This document shows, piece by piece, positions 49,272 to 62,077 of a stretch of 64,000 bases of DNA. Both the position numbers and the translations under genes were made by a program. How positions within the stretch are numbered: position 1 is the first letter of the stretch; each line of letters begins with the position of its first letter. Origin of the DNA: Felis catus (lineage: Eukaryota); contig NC_058382.1 of NCBI RefSeq assembly GCF_018350175.1, positions 57,476,001 to 57,540,000 on the forward strand. The letters are read 5' to 3'. The notes under the pieces were generated by a model. That model was not told where the DNA came from. It searched no databases and saw nothing but the letters and a program-made list of their open reading frames with translations.

Positions 49272-49799
49272 AAGAGTTGCCTGGGTGCAAATCTGAGCTA
49301 GACAAATACTCTCGTGGCCTCGTGGGGCTTACAGTCTAGCAGGGGAGCAAGCAGTTATTTCGGGGTGAACGCTGTTGGCTGCTGACCACAGAAGGTTCTA
49401 CTCGAATAGACTTCCACAGTGGAGGCAAGTAATGGCTCAATGACAGGAAAGCCCAGGGCTAAGGGGGCTTCAGGTGTGTCAACTTACGGCAGCAGACCCC
49501 TCATGCAGATGTCAAGCGTGCCCCTCGGAGAGGCCTTCCCCAGCATCCCAATAGAAAGAGCCCCTTCTAGAACGTCCTCTCTATCACGTAACCTCCTTCT
49601 GTTTTCCACGGCACTAATCTCTATCTGAAGTCGTCTTCTTTGTTTATCCCTTGCCTTGCCTATTGCCCTCCACTCCCAGAAGAATGTCGGGTCTGTGAGG
49701 GCAGGGACACTGTCCGTCTCCTTTACCATTGTACGCCCATGTCCAAGCACATCCCCAATCCCAGACAGACACACGGTTCGTCGTCATTGGACGGATGGA

Positions 49800-50735
49800 T
49801 CTCGGATTAGGCAAGAACTTCTCAGCTATGACGCAAAAAGCAGAAGCAGCAACAGGAAACATTAGATACTTTGGACTCGCAAAATTAAAACAAAACAGAA
49901 CTGTGATTCAGAGGCACGGTCAAGAAAGTGAAAAGAATGCAGAGAATGGGAGAAAGTACGTGCAAATCATATATCTGATAGGGCTCTTGTATCCAGGATA
50001 GATAAAGAACACTTACGACTCAAACAAACAAAGACAAGTAGCCCCATTTAAATGGAGGAAAAGAGGGGCACTTGGGTGGCTCAGTCGGTTAAGCGTCCGA
50101 CTTCAGCTCAGGTCATGATCTCACAGCTCGTGAGTTCGAGCCCCGCGTCGGGCTCTGTGCTGACAGCTCAGAGGCTGGAGCCTGTTTCAGATTCTGTGTC
50201 TCCCTCTCTCTCTGCCCCTTCCCTGCTCATGCTGTGTCTCTCTCTGTCTCAAAAATAAATAAACATTTAAAAAAATTAAAAAAAACTAGCGTGTGAGTGT
50301 CCACGGCAGTGTTGTTCACAATGGCCAACGTTCCAGAATTTTCGTCTCCCCCAAAAGAAACTCCGCAGTCATCGGCAGTCACTCTCCTGGCCCCCCGCTC
50401 CTGGCCCAGCCCCTGGCAGTCATGAGCCTACCTTCTGCCTCTCATGGATTTGCCTCTTCCTGATGCTTCGTACGGGATGCTTCGTACGGATCTTTTGTGG
50501 CAAGCTCCTCCCATGTCGTGTAATGTTTTCGAGGTTCCTCCAGGTTGTAGGACGAATCTGTACCTCTTTCCTTTCTATGGCTGAATAAATCTTTCATTGT
50601 ATGCAGAGACCATATGTCGGGCGTCCATTAATTAGTTGGTGGACATTTAGGTTTCTGCTTCTTGGGTGCACAATTTGTGAATATATGAAAAATCACTGAA
50701 TTGTACACTTAACAGAAGGTTGAATGAAGTTTTTT
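49800..50735. mobile_element. Old L1M fragments in both orientations, interrupted by a Can-SINE (50065-50285, +)
   Basis: ORF2-like GCAGAGAATGGGAGAAAGTACGTGCAAATCATATATCTGATAGGG on the + strand; reverse-strand L1 3' motifs at 50330-50665. Confidence 0.7.
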
Positions 50736-50750
50736 AAAAGAGTCAAGGAA

Positions 50751-50876
50751 GGGGTGCCAGGGAGGCTCCGTTGGTTGAGCGTCTGACTCTTGGTTTCAAC
50801 TCAGGTCGTGATCTCGAGGTTCGTCAGTTCAAGACCCACATCGGGGTCTGTGCTGACAGCGTGGAGCCTGCTTGGG

Positions 50877-50911
<35 letters not shown>

Positions 50912-50975
50912 TCCTCTCCCATGCATGCTGTCAATCTCTCTCAAAATAAACTTTTTAAAAAAATTAATAAAAATA

Positions 50976-51009
<34 letters not shown>

Positions 51010-51075
51010 CCCCCCCCCCCCCCACCTTGCGTGTGCTTGCTCTCTCTCTCTCAAAAAAAAAAAAAAAAAAAAAAA
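50751..51075 (+). mobile_element. Can-SINE with two CT-rich/A-tail modules
   Basis: One head followed by two (CT)n-to-A-tail modules (~50878-50975 and ~50976-51075). Confidence 0.85.
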
Positions 51076-52207
51076 GAATGAAGGAACGTTCTCGAGGTTG
51101 GGCCTGAATATCTGGGTAGGCAGAGGGAATGAGTCCAGTTTGGGACAGGTGGCATTTGAGCTGCCCGTGAGATATCAAAGTGGGGACATCCAGCAGAACC
51201 ACAGGGCTGCAACGGGACAGAGAATGGGTTAGACATGCAGATCTGGAAGCTATGGGTGTGTATGGTGGGGGCGATCAGGCCAGGGATGTATGAGATGGCA
51301 CCGGGATGTTCGAGGTAGAAGAAGAAGGTCTAGGGCAGAGCCCGGAAGCCCCAAGGATCCCCAGCCCCTTAGGATCCTTTTCCTAAGGGAAAAGGAGCCA
51401 GTGAAGCAGACTGAGAAGGATTTTCCAGCGGGAGAGGGGGCATTTCAGGAAGAGGGGAGTGACCAGCATTGGACAAGCTGGGACCCGTCCCTGTGACATT
51501 AAGCAGGGGAGAGATAGGGGTTCAGCCGGGGGGGGGGGGGCGGGATGTAAGACAGTACACAAAGTTTTCAATCTGTTATTGACCCAGGAACGGACAACGG
51601 ACAGAAACTAGTGTGTGTGAGCCCCACAGTGCGTGTTTCACAGCATTGCCTCTTTCGGGCCCAACCACCATGCTAGATGGACGAGTTACACAATATACAC
51701 AAATGCGTGATGACAGTAGGGAGTATTAGTAATAGTAATTATATGGCGCATACATTATATGGTGATTATATTATGCAATGTTAGCCAGAGTAACGTCTTC
51801 CTAATGAGTGTGTGCCAGGCGCCGTGTTAAGTGCTTTGCAACTACCTTCTCAGCTAATTCTCGCATCCGCTGGGGCGGCCCTGTCACTAACACTGGGACA
51901 TAGATGAGGGAGCTGAATTCATCCCCCAAGGTTGCACAGCTAGAACATTGCACGGACACGAATTGAACCCAGGCGGTCTGCCCTCAGGGGTCTGAGCCTC
52001 CCCACCAAGAAGGAGAGTTTGGAGACCTTGACATCGATCCGAGGCAGCTCAGCTATACATGCCCTCAGACAACCAGAAAAATCTGGGCTGGCCTTTCAAG
52101 ACCATTCATTTATTTGTGCATGGGTTTTATTTCTTTCACTGCAAAAACCTTACAGACTTTGTAAGCTCGGCATCCTGGTTTCCACATTTCCCTTGGAGCT
52201 ACCAGTT

Positions 52208-52219
52208 GAAAGAAAGAAA

Positions 52220-52280
<61 letters not shown>

Positions 52281-52282
52281 AA
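52208..52282 (+). repeat. (GAAA)n microsatellite
   Basis: About 18 units with one interruption. Confidence 0.97.
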
Positions 52283-52917
52283 TCCCACCTCAGCTGTAAT
52301 TAGAGATGGGAATAAAACATAACCCTGAAACTTGCTGTTCTCAGCAAGGTGGTCGTCATTCTGAAGCAGGTGCCTTACACGGAACAGATATTTATAGCAA
52401 ATGATATTTATAGAATCGGTGCTGAGCTCACCCGTTGTCAAATCTCTGAAAAGAGGCTCCCGGGAACGTTTGAAAAATGAAGATGCGGGGCCAGTGACTG
52501 AGGGAGTGTAAAACAGGGCTCTTGAATGGTCTTTTTCAGGAACTGAGTCGCTCAGAGCCAACGCCGCTCAGGTTCCAGACATCCAGCCGGAAGACACTGG
52601 AAAGGCAACGTGACCTGGGGTCTTAGCTGCTGGTGAGTAGGAAAGTGGTCTAACAGTTAAGGGTTTGGGCAGCCACTCACCCAAATCTGGACTCTGCCAT
52701 ACCTTTCCCCAGCCTTAGTTTCCTCTTCCACAAAATGGGTATCTCCCACCGAGGAATTCTTTGAGCATCGCATGTGGAAAATGCGTGTGAAAGATATAAC
52801 AGCGGCTGGTATTTTACGTGCCAGCCCCCACAGCTGTTTGCAACCTTAAACTACTTAGTAGAAGTCACACGTTGCACTAGAGTCCACAGGGAAGCATAAA
52901 CTATATATACATACACA

Positions 52918-53234
52918 CAGCTGACCTTTGAACAACGTGGCTTTGAACTGCGCAAGTCCACGCGGGTGTTTTACGGTACAGCACTATAAACGTATTTTCT
53001 CTTCCTTGCGATTTTCTTAATATCTTGCTTCCTCCAGCTTCATGTATTGCAAGCACACAGTACCTACTACATATACAAAATATGTGTGAATTGGCTGTTT
53101 ACCTTATCGGTAAGGCTTCCGGTCAACAGTCAGCTATTACTAGTGAAGATCTGGGGGAGTCACAAGTTATATGCAGGTCTTCAACTGTGCAGGGGTTCAG
53201 CCGCCCTAACCCCTCATTGGTCAAGGGTCAAGTG
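52918..53234 (+). mobile_element. Tigger2a-like (TcMar-Tigger) non-autonomous DNA transposon
   Basis: Imperfect terminal inverted repeats CAGCTGACCTTTGAACAA ... TTGGTCAAGGGTCAAGTG; the interior resembles Tigger2a/MER28. Confidence 0.8.
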
Positions 53235-54158
53235 TGTGTGTGTGTGTGTATACACACTCTCTCTCTCTCTCTCTCTCCATATATGTATCAAGTATATAAG
53301 CAGGAAGAATTGAATGCAGGGTATTGACCGCACCAGGGCTGGGAGATCTGAGAAGCCATGCAAGTTGGCGAAGTGCCCCCAGAGAGTAAGCACAGGATGG
53401 AGACTGGCAACCAGCCCTGGGCTGGAGGGACAGAGAGCCCTGGGGCTGGGGTCACCCAGGGAAAGCTGACGCGTGGAGGAGGTACGGCTGCTAGAGATTT
53501 GCTCCAAAAAGGAGTAGAAATACCCCAGCCTTTTCCCCCCTCCTGCCGTCCAGTCTCTACCAGTGTCCCCCATTGGCCAGACCCAGCAGGAAGCCACTGA
53601 CCAGGGAGCCTGGGAAATACAGCCAGGGTGGGGGAGGCCCTTCTCCCACCCCCACAGTGATGCAGAGCAGAGCAAGGGGGAGGCTCAGACCTAACTGGCT
53701 CTGGAGGAGCACTCCTGCCCCAAACACGGGAAGAGGGGGTCGTGCTTTACGGTGAGCGGTCAGACCACAGTTTGAGAATTGCGTGCTGATGGGGGGACCA
53801 CGCTTAGAGGAGGAGCCCGGATGACACAGGGCAGTGCTCAGGACAGAGCGGGGAGAGAGGCCTCAGATGCAGTATGTCCTTCAGGAGGGCAGTCCTCACG
53901 GAGGACGGGAGAACTGCCTCTCCATTTGGCCACTGGCCGTCTTCGTGCATGAACCTCCAGAAAGCAGATGAAAAACAGTTACCGGAAGACAGACTGGAGT
54001 CGGGATAAAGAAGCTCTTTCTGATGCAGACGGAATGGGCTCCTCTGTGAGGTAGCGAGTTCCCCGTCGTGGGAAAAGAAACACGAAAGTTAACTCTTGGT
54101 CTAGTGATCGTTGCTATTCTGAACTAGTTTTTACTTTTGCCATGTCAGAGAAGTTTCA

Positions 54159-54282
54159 GGGGGCACCTGGGTGGCTCAGTCGGTCTAGCATCTGACTCTT
54201 GATTTCACCCCAGATCATGATCCCAGGGTCCTGGGATTGAGCCTCACGTCGGCCTCCACACTGAGCACGGAGCCTGGTTAAG

Positions 54283-54336
<54 letters not shown>

Positions 54337-54505
54337 TGAGGGCGCCTGGGTGGCTCAGTCGGGCGTCCGACTTCGGCTCAGGTCATGATCTCACAGCTCC
54401 TGGGTTCGAGCCCCGCATCGGGCTCTGTGCTGACAGCTGGGAGCCTGGAGCTGCTTCGGATTCTGTGTCTCCTTCTCTCTCTGCCCCTCCCCCGCTCGCG
54501 CTCTG

Positions 54506-54542
<37 letters not shown>

Positions 54543-54629
54543 AATAAATAAACATTAAAAATTTTTTTAATAAAAAAATATTCTCTCTCTCTCCCTCCCT
54601 CTGCCCCTCTCCCCCACTCATGCTCTACC

Positions 54630-54681
<52 letters not shown>

Positions 54682-54695
54682 TCTAAAAAAAAAAA
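54159..54695 (+). mobile_element. Nested Can-SINEs: younger SINEC_Fc (54339-54580) inside the (CT)n of an older copy, whose tail holds a (TA)n at 54634-54679
   Basis: The outer body stops at ATTCTCTCTC... and resumes after the inner A tail with ATTCTCTCTCTCTCCCTCCCTCTGCCCCTC. Confidence 0.88.
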
Positions 54696-55697
54696 GACTA
54701 GAAAAGAAAAGTTTAAGTGACGCAGCGACTCTTATATCATCAGCTAAATTTTCACACTTTCTGTCTTCTCTCCCCTGAACAGGGTATAAATTCCTCAGAG
54801 GCAGGAATGTGTCTGTACAGCTGCCTGACTTTAGGCAAACACAGTATATGAAAACCTGGGTTTTCCGGTTTTGCTGAAAACAGACAAGCCTGCACATCTG
54901 ACGCAAAAGTTTTTCCAACAGTAATTTGAACGTTGAATACTTTCAGGTTCACAGGAGATGTTTTCGGAACCATTTATTTCACGCCGGAGAAGGGAAACCA
55001 TTACAATGGGGAGGCCCCACGGGGAGGAAGAAATTCATGTGGACAATATGCAAATCAGAAGCCACAACTGTCTACAGGACACAGCGAAAGTGAGCATCCC
55101 TTTGGCTTGAAGCAACCATAGCAGTGACATGCCGAGAGTAAAGACAGACTGTTCGAGTTAATTAATGGGGAATATTCCATGTGGTTCAAGGAATGCAATA
55201 CATCAGAAATCAAATATTCAATAGAATTAAAATGAAATCCATTTAAAAACCAGTTCCCTGTTTGGACATTTAATAGGCAGAGGAAAAGGGAAGACAAACT
55301 AGCAGAGAACACTGGAAGAGCAGGAAAAAGGGAAGACAGAGAAGTTCGGAAAGACAAGGAGGCTTTCTTATTCTAGAAATCAGGACTCTGGTCAATCAGC
55401 AAAGTCGGTATCAGTTCCCTTAGCCTGGAATCCACTCCTTCCTAGATTTCCTAGAGACAACGTTCGCTCGTTCCTGTCACCCTCAGATTCCCACGGTGTA
55501 TGCAATGCTTAATTAAATCAGTTAATGACAATGACAAACACAACTGCCAGGAACAAGTTTGGGCACAAACGCACCCAACCCTAGACAAGCATTGAGACCA
55601 ATTGGTAGGGGAAGGAGTCCACAGGTGCAGGGTTGAGCGTGCTACCGTGTTTCACAGAAGAAACAGGACCCGTCTGCTAACCGAGGGAGTCAGTTGG

Positions 55698-57275
55698 GCA
55701 GTCCCTATCAAAATAACACCAGCATTCTTCACAGAGCTAGAACAAACAATCCTGAAATCTGTATGGAACCAGAAAAGATCCCGCATAGCCAAAGCAATCT
55801 TGAAAAAGAAAACCAAAACAGGAGGCATCCCAATCCCAGACTTCAAGCCATAGTGCAGAGCTGTCATCATCAAGACAGTATGGTACTGGCACAAAAAGAC
55901 AGTCAGACCAACGGAACAGAATAGAGAACCCAGAAATGGACCCACCAATGCATGGCCAACTCATCTTTGACGAAGCAGGAAAGAACATCCATGGAATAAA
56001 GACAGTCTCTTCAGCAAACGGTGCTGGGAAAACTGGACAGCGACAGGCAGAAGAATGAACCTGGACCACTTTCTTACACCAGACACAAAAATAAACTCAA
56101 AACGGACGAAAGACCTCAATGTAAGACAGGCAGCCATCAAAATCATCGAGGAGAAAGCAGGCAAAAACCTCTTTGATCTTGGCCGCAGCAACTTCTTACT
56201 CAACGGGTCTCCGGAGGCAAGGGAAGCAAAAGCAAAAATGAACTACTGGGACCTCATGAAAATAAAAAGCTTCTGCACAGCGAAGGAAACAATTGGCGAA
56301 ACTAAAAGGCAACCGACAGAATGGGAGAAGATATTTGCAAACGACCTATCAGATAAAGGGTTAGTATCCAACAATCTATAAAGAACGTCTCAAACTCAAC
56401 ACCCAAAAAACACATAACCCAGTGAAGGAATGGGCCAAAGACATGAACAGACACTTCTCCAAAGAAGACACCCAGATGACCAACCGACACATGAGAAAAT
56501 GCTCCACGTCACTCCTCATCAGGGATATACAAATCAAAACCGCAATGAGATACACCCTCCCCCCGGTCAGAATGGCTGACATCAACAACTCAGGCAACAA
56601 CAGATGTTGGCGAGGATGCGGCGAAAGAGGATCTCTTTTGCATTGTTGGTGGGAATGCAAGCTGGTGCAGCCACTCTGGAAAACAGGATGGAGGTTCCCC
56701 AAAAAATTGAACTAGGGTAGAACTACCTTACGGCCCAGCAATTGCACTACTAAGGTATTTACCCCAGGGATACAGGAGTGCTGTTTCGAAGGGACACGTG
56801 CACCCCCATGTTTATAGCAGGATCATCGACAATAGCCAACGTATGGAAAGAGCCCGAATGTCCCTCGATGGACGAATGGACAAAGAAGACGTGGTATATA
56901 TAGACGATGGAGTATTACTCGGCGATCAAAAAGAATGAAATCTTGCCATTTGCAACTACGTGGATGGAACTGGAGGTTATTATGCTAAGTGAAATCAGTC
57001 AGAGAAAGACAAAAATCATGACTTCACTCACATGAGGACTTTAAGACGCAAAACAGACGAACATAAGGGAAGGGAAACAAAAATAATATAAAAACAGGGA
57101 GGGGGACAAAACATAAGAGACTCTTAAATATAGAGAACAGAGGGCTGCTGGAGGGGTGGTGGGAGGGGTGATGGGCTAAATGGGGAAGGGGCTTAAGGAA
57201 TCTACTCCTGAAATCATTGTTGCACTATATGCTAACTTGGATGTAAATTAAGAAATTAACTAATTAATTTTAAAA
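55698..57275 (+). mobile_element. 5'-truncated carnivore/feline LINE-1 (ORF2 C-terminal part and 3' UTR), disrupted
   Basis: Fragments translate to L1 ORF2 ([35 protein letters not shown], and the CCHC-type motif [26 protein letters not shown]). They are split across frames by stops and frameshifts and followed by a G-rich 3' UTR and an A-rich tail. Confidence 0.93.
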
Positions 57276-57432
57276 AATTTAATGGTAAAAATGCTAAGCT
57301 TTATGTTATGTATTTTTCACCATTATAAAAAAAAAGCACATTTAGTTGTTTTTTGAGGTGTCTAAGATTGAGACATTTAAAAATTTTGAATGTAATTTGG
57401 AACACTTAAGGGAACTTAAAATAACTAAATTT

Positions 57433-57640
57433 GGGGCACCTGGGTGGCTCAGTCACTTCGGCTCAGGTCATGATCTCACGGTTGGTGAGTTCCGGCCCCA
57501 CGTCAGGTTCTGTGCTGACAGCTCAGAGCTTGGAGCCTGTTTCAGATTCTGTGTCTCCTTCTCTCTGCCCCTTCCCCACTCCTGCTCTGTCTCTCTGTCT
57601 CTCCTAGATGAATAAACGTTGAAAAAATTTTTTTTAAAGA
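57433..57640 (+). mobile_element. Can-SINE
   Basis: Head with a small deletion, body and tail. Confidence 0.88.
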
Positions 57641-57795
57641 ACGAAATTTGTACATGGAGTTAATTGCAGGGGAAATTTTAACACACTAATTTATGAATTG
57701 ATTATTAACAAAAGAAAACCAGGTTGAAAAAAAAATCAGGTGGAAGTTGGCTAAGAGAGTCATCTTAAAAGATAAATGTCTATAAATTAAAATTT

Positions 57796-57968
57796 GGGGG
57801 CGCCTGGGTGGCTCGGTCAGTCAAGTGTCTGACTCTTGATTTTAGCTCAGGTCATGGTCTCATGGTTTGTGGAATCGAGCCCTACATCGGGCTCTGTGCT
57901 AACAGGGAAGAGTCTGGTTGGGATTCTTTCTCCCCCTCTGCTCCTTCCCCACAGGCTGGCTCTCTCTG

Positions 57969-58007
<39 letters not shown>

Positions 58008-58020
58008 AAAAAAAAAAATT
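57796..58020 (+). mobile_element. Can-SINE
   Basis: Head, (CT)n and A tail. Confidence 0.9.
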
Positions 58021-58634
58021 AAAGTTTGATTAGACATTAGAAGTTAGGGATGACTTTATGCATTAGCTCATTTTGTTTGGGCATCCATTTACTTTTTCGT
58101 TCGATAAACATTCCTTCCGTGACCTGATAATACTCGACACGGTGCTTACGGCAGGTTAATTGGCCTGTTACTATGTCCTTTTTTATTGAAGGGGAGTCTG
58201 GGGCTCAGCCACCTGTCCATCGGCACACACATGGCAAGTAAAAAGTCGCCAGCCTGGAACCCAGACCCTCGGGTGCTTCCTCTATGCAATGCTGTGGGTT
58301 CCGATTCATCTTCCCCCGGGACCAAAGTTCAGATCCTCCGTGGTGACAGTGTGAGACAGAAAGGAGACAACTCTAAAAGCCACTTTGGAAAATGACAGAG
58401 AAATGGACAGAAAGGCACATTTTCCCAGGGGAGAGAGCCACGGTGAGGACCGCGGACCCAAGGCACGTCTGATAGAATGCTGAAGAGAATTTCTGAGTTA
58501 GAACCAACAAGGGCTACTGAGGCACCCCGAGCCAGCAAGAATGAAGCTGTCAGTCCCCTGAGACTGGGGATGGGGAGACAGGAAAGAGTGTTCCCGCAGC
58601 CTGGGGGGCCGGAGCCTCGGATGGGGATTGCTAA

Positions 58635-59030
58635 AGCTCCTCCTTCCTTGACCGGATGTTAGTCAGGCTCCTCTGAGCCCTCTCCTTGATGAGGCCTTGA
58701 CCTTGGCTCCCATCCTCTTGGACTTGCCAAGCCCAGATTGGGCAAAGAATCCTGCAAAGTCAATTCAAGGAGAATCCCCTGACCCTTGGTATCTGATGAA
58801 ATTCCTCATCTCCCACCTTTGGCCTGTCTTCAGCAAGAACTGTGCCCCCTACCATGACTCCTCCCTATAAGGTTCCATCCAGGGCTCGCCACCCCCCCCC
58901 CATCCAGCTGTAAACCCCCAGCTGTCTCTGCTGTATTCAGAGGTGAGCTCAGAGCCTCTCTCCTATTGCCATGGTCTTAAAACAAGTCTATTTGCATCTT
59001 TAACGACTGTCAGAATAATTTCTTTTTTAA
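58635..59030 (+). mobile_element. ERV1 solo LTR (MER31-like)
   Basis: CCTTGACCGGATGTTAGTCAGGCTCCTCTGAGCCCTC start; GTCAGAATAATTTCTTTTTTAA end. Confidence 0.7.
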
Positions 59031-60329
59031 TAGGATGGCCTGAGAGGAGCCAGGGTCATGGAAGAGAGCATCCACTGACGGAACATCAACCTAGAGCAGG
59101 GAGTGTGCAGGAAAAGAAATGTCCCAACCTCTCCCTTCCTGCCCTCCAATCTCCTCGTGCCTTCCATTGGCTGAAGCCAACAGGACGTCCACAGGGAGGG
59201 GGCCCAGGTGATGTCCGTCAATGTCAAACGTCTAGGATCCAGAGAACCTGGAGAACGGATTGGGGAGAGGTGTGGGGGGCGAGCCAATGGGGAACAATCA
59301 GCCCACCCTGCTTGCCAATGGGTGGCCTCATTGATGGGATCAGAATTCCTTTTTCCTTTACCATGTCCAGAAGTCGGTGAGATGAACACAAGAAGAAGGG
59401 GCAGGGCCAGGAGGAGGACATGGCAGCCAGGGAAGGATTGGTGCCAGCCCATCAACGCCAGGGGAAGCAGGCAGGGGACAGGGGATTGACACACAGACCA
59501 GGCCAGCCAAGTCTTTGGAGGCCGGGAGGTGACCAGAAAAAGGGCTTTGCACGAGACTGGAGGTCAATAAGGCAGAGAAGAGGTGTGGCAGACAGACATG
59601 ACTCCACAGTTATCATCCTAACCCAAAAAATCCCAGCACGGGTGGACCTTGGCCCCCAATCTGCTGGATGAGAAACGGTCACTTGGAGAGGTACACACCC
59701 TTCCCACCCCCTCTCCCTACCCGACCCACGTCACTGCACAGGCCTGTCCGATGCACAGAGCTGCTTTGCCAAAAGCAAAGTGACGGGGAGACCCAGCCAA
59801 GGCCAGGTACATCTTGCCTTTGGCCCTCAGACTTCTCAGACACCATGGCATGCAATATTGCAGAGCCCTTTGGGGACTCACACATGCACAACCCAGAATC
59901 TGGCCATGGGGTTAACTCCCACGGCCTCCCCTTGAGCAGTGGGGCCCAGGAACTCACACACAAAAGTGTCCCTGTTTTGTCTCCTGGAAGGACAGTTCTG
60001 AGCTGGATTACACAGGCTCCCCAGACCATGCAGTCGCCCCTGCGTGGGGGCAGGGCATTGGACAACTCCATGGTATATCCCTCTGATTCCCTGTTCCGCA
60101 CCCCCAACCCGCATTCCTACTTCCTGGAATCACATGTGTTATGCAACTTGGAAGAGAAAAATACAAAGCTTTCCAGTTGAGCTCAGCCTTCCAGGAACAA
60201 ACCACATGGGAATGGCCTGGCCTTGAGGACACAGCCTCATAATCCAAGATTCTCAGTCAACAAATAGGTCTTCGTCTCCAGAATGCTGCCACTCGTGAGT
60301 CTGAGGGAGTACGAGAAGGATAGACCCCA

Positions 60330-60760
60330 TATGAGTTCGGACTCAGTTGTTGCAAGTGAGAGAAACAGAAACCGTACTGACAGAAGCCAATAGTTTGGGG
60401 AGAAAAAAAAGAGGGGGGATGTAATTCACTTCTCTTGCAGTGTAATTCACTTCCTTCCATGCGGAGAATTTCCAGCTTACATCCTCCCTCAGCGATAAAG
60501 AAAAGAGGACTTCTCTCTGTCTCCGGACAACTGTATAAAAATCCCAGGGAACGATTCTGATTGGCCCAGCCTGGAGGACGTGTCTACCCTTTGAGCCAAT
60601 CACTTGTCGCCAAGGAAGTGGGCTGCTGTGATTGGCTAAATATGGGTTATACGCCCAGGCCCCTGGGTGGGGCTTCTCAGATCGGCAACTTCAAGAGAAG
60701 CTCCCGGAAGGGACTTTGGGGAGGAATCGTTTCCTAAAGGACGATGCAGCCCATGCTGTT
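60330..60760 (-). mobile_element. Ancient MaLR LTR (MLT1J/K-like)
   Basis: GATTCTGATTGGCCCAGCCTGG...TGAGCCAATCAC...GTGATTGGC signature. A similar element lies at ~39410-39800. Confidence 0.6.
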
Positions 60761-61831
60761 GGCGTTCCGTCCGTATTCCTCCGGCCTCCCTTCTGCAGCT
60801 GCCAGTACCTGCAGGCCTGGATCTGAGGCCTTCGATTCTGTCCCCTGGCCAGGCAGGCTGGAAACGCAGGCCGGTTAGCCCTGCGAGCAGCTGTCAGCCA
60901 ATACGCGCCAGGAGTGTTGTGTAAGTACCCGGTCCGCCCCACCCCTGGGGTGGGAAAGCTACAAAGGGTGTGTTCTCCACTATTTCCGAGAGTTCCCTGT
61001 GCGTAAAGCTCCGGCCACCTTCGGAAGTGGGGCTGGCTTCATTCGTGCCGCGAGGACCCCTTCCCGTTTGCTCTCTTGCTCCTTCCTCCCAGTCAGCGTT
61101 TCTGCACTTTGCAAATCAGCTACTTGAACTTGAATCTTAGCCTCAAGGCCTGCGCCTGGGGAACCCCGGCGATCCGGTAGGGGGCAGAGCTGTCCCTGCG
61201 CAAGAAGGGCAAAATAACCGTGGGCACCCACCGCCCTGCTTTCTCATTTACTTGTCCATCTACAGAGCTTTAGGTCGGGCGTCTAAGAAGCAGATCTCGA
61301 GACCCGGATTCTCTGCCCTGGTTTGCGACGGGAGAGCCCTCAGGAGAAACCTGTTAGGAACGGAGGAAGTAGGACAGGGCAGGAGGAAGCCCAGCCAAGG
61401 GGGATCTCAGCTCATTCCCAGAAAGAGCTCTGGAGCTTGACTAGAAACACAAAATTATCCCCTCCACCTTGAGGCAAGGGGGCCACGGCTTTGTACTCTG
61501 ATACTGGTCAACAAGAGGCGGCAGGCTGCCCTCAAGGGGAGGAGGTTGAAAGCCTCTAGGCGGAATATTCTGGGTATTCACAACTCGGACATTCACAACT
61601 ATTCACAACGGATGGGATCTGGGGGAGGCCCGGGCTGCATCTTCTACTTGTGGATTGCAGCTTGTAGGAAAAGGAGACTCAAAGCTGCTAAAACTCGACA
61701 CGGACAACAAATATATACTGAATGTGACCAAAAAAAACCACAAAAAAACAAAAAAACAAAAAAAAGGATACAGGCGCTTTGCCTTCTCCAAGTTGATGGT
61801 GCATTTGTAGAACTTAAAATAAAGCTGCCTT

Positions 61832-62077
61832 GGGGCACCTGGGTGACTCAATGGGTTAAGCAGCTGACTTCGGCTCAGGTCACGATCTCACAGTTGGTGG
61901 GTTCGAGCCCCGCGTCGGTGGGTTCGAGCCCCGCGTCGGCCTCTTTGCTGACCGCTCGGAACCTGGACCCCGCTTCGGATTCTGTGTCTCCCTCTCTCTC
62001 TCTGCCCCTCCCCTGCTCACACTCTGTCTCTGTCTCTCTCAAAAATAAATATCAAAAAAAACCAAAATTTTAAATAA
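61832..62077 (+). mobile_element. Can-SINE with an internal 21-bp tandem duplication
   Basis: GGTGGGTTCGAGCCCCGCGTC at 61896-61916 and 61917-61937. Confidence 0.92.

Noticed and set aside
55602..56715. Functional L1 ORF2-related gene
   Set aside because: It is only the C-terminal part of L1 ORF2, 5'-truncated and broken by stops and frameshifts.
15489..60453. Short local duplications (TTCAAAAGGAAGG near 15489/15508, ACATATTGCAAAAA near 33449/33467, TTGTATTCTGGTTAT near 46753/46768, GATGCTTCGTACGG at 50462/50476, TGTAATTCACTTC near 60420/60441)
   Set aside because: These are ordinary two-copy slippage duplications with no shared motif or arrangement suggesting function.
60500..61250. Promoter of a neighbouring gene (CCAAT and GC boxes, some CpG)
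   Set aside because: Most CCAAT motifs belong to an MLT1J/K-like LTR, and no coding exons follow. I recognised no exons of KLHL36 or MEAK7, the human neighbours of COTL1, in this window.
227..62077. tRNA genes suggested by A/B-box motifs, and recurrent MAQSVKRPTSAQ-type ORFs
   Set aside because: All are the tRNA-derived heads of Can-SINEs followed by (CT)n and A tails, not complete tRNAs or genes.
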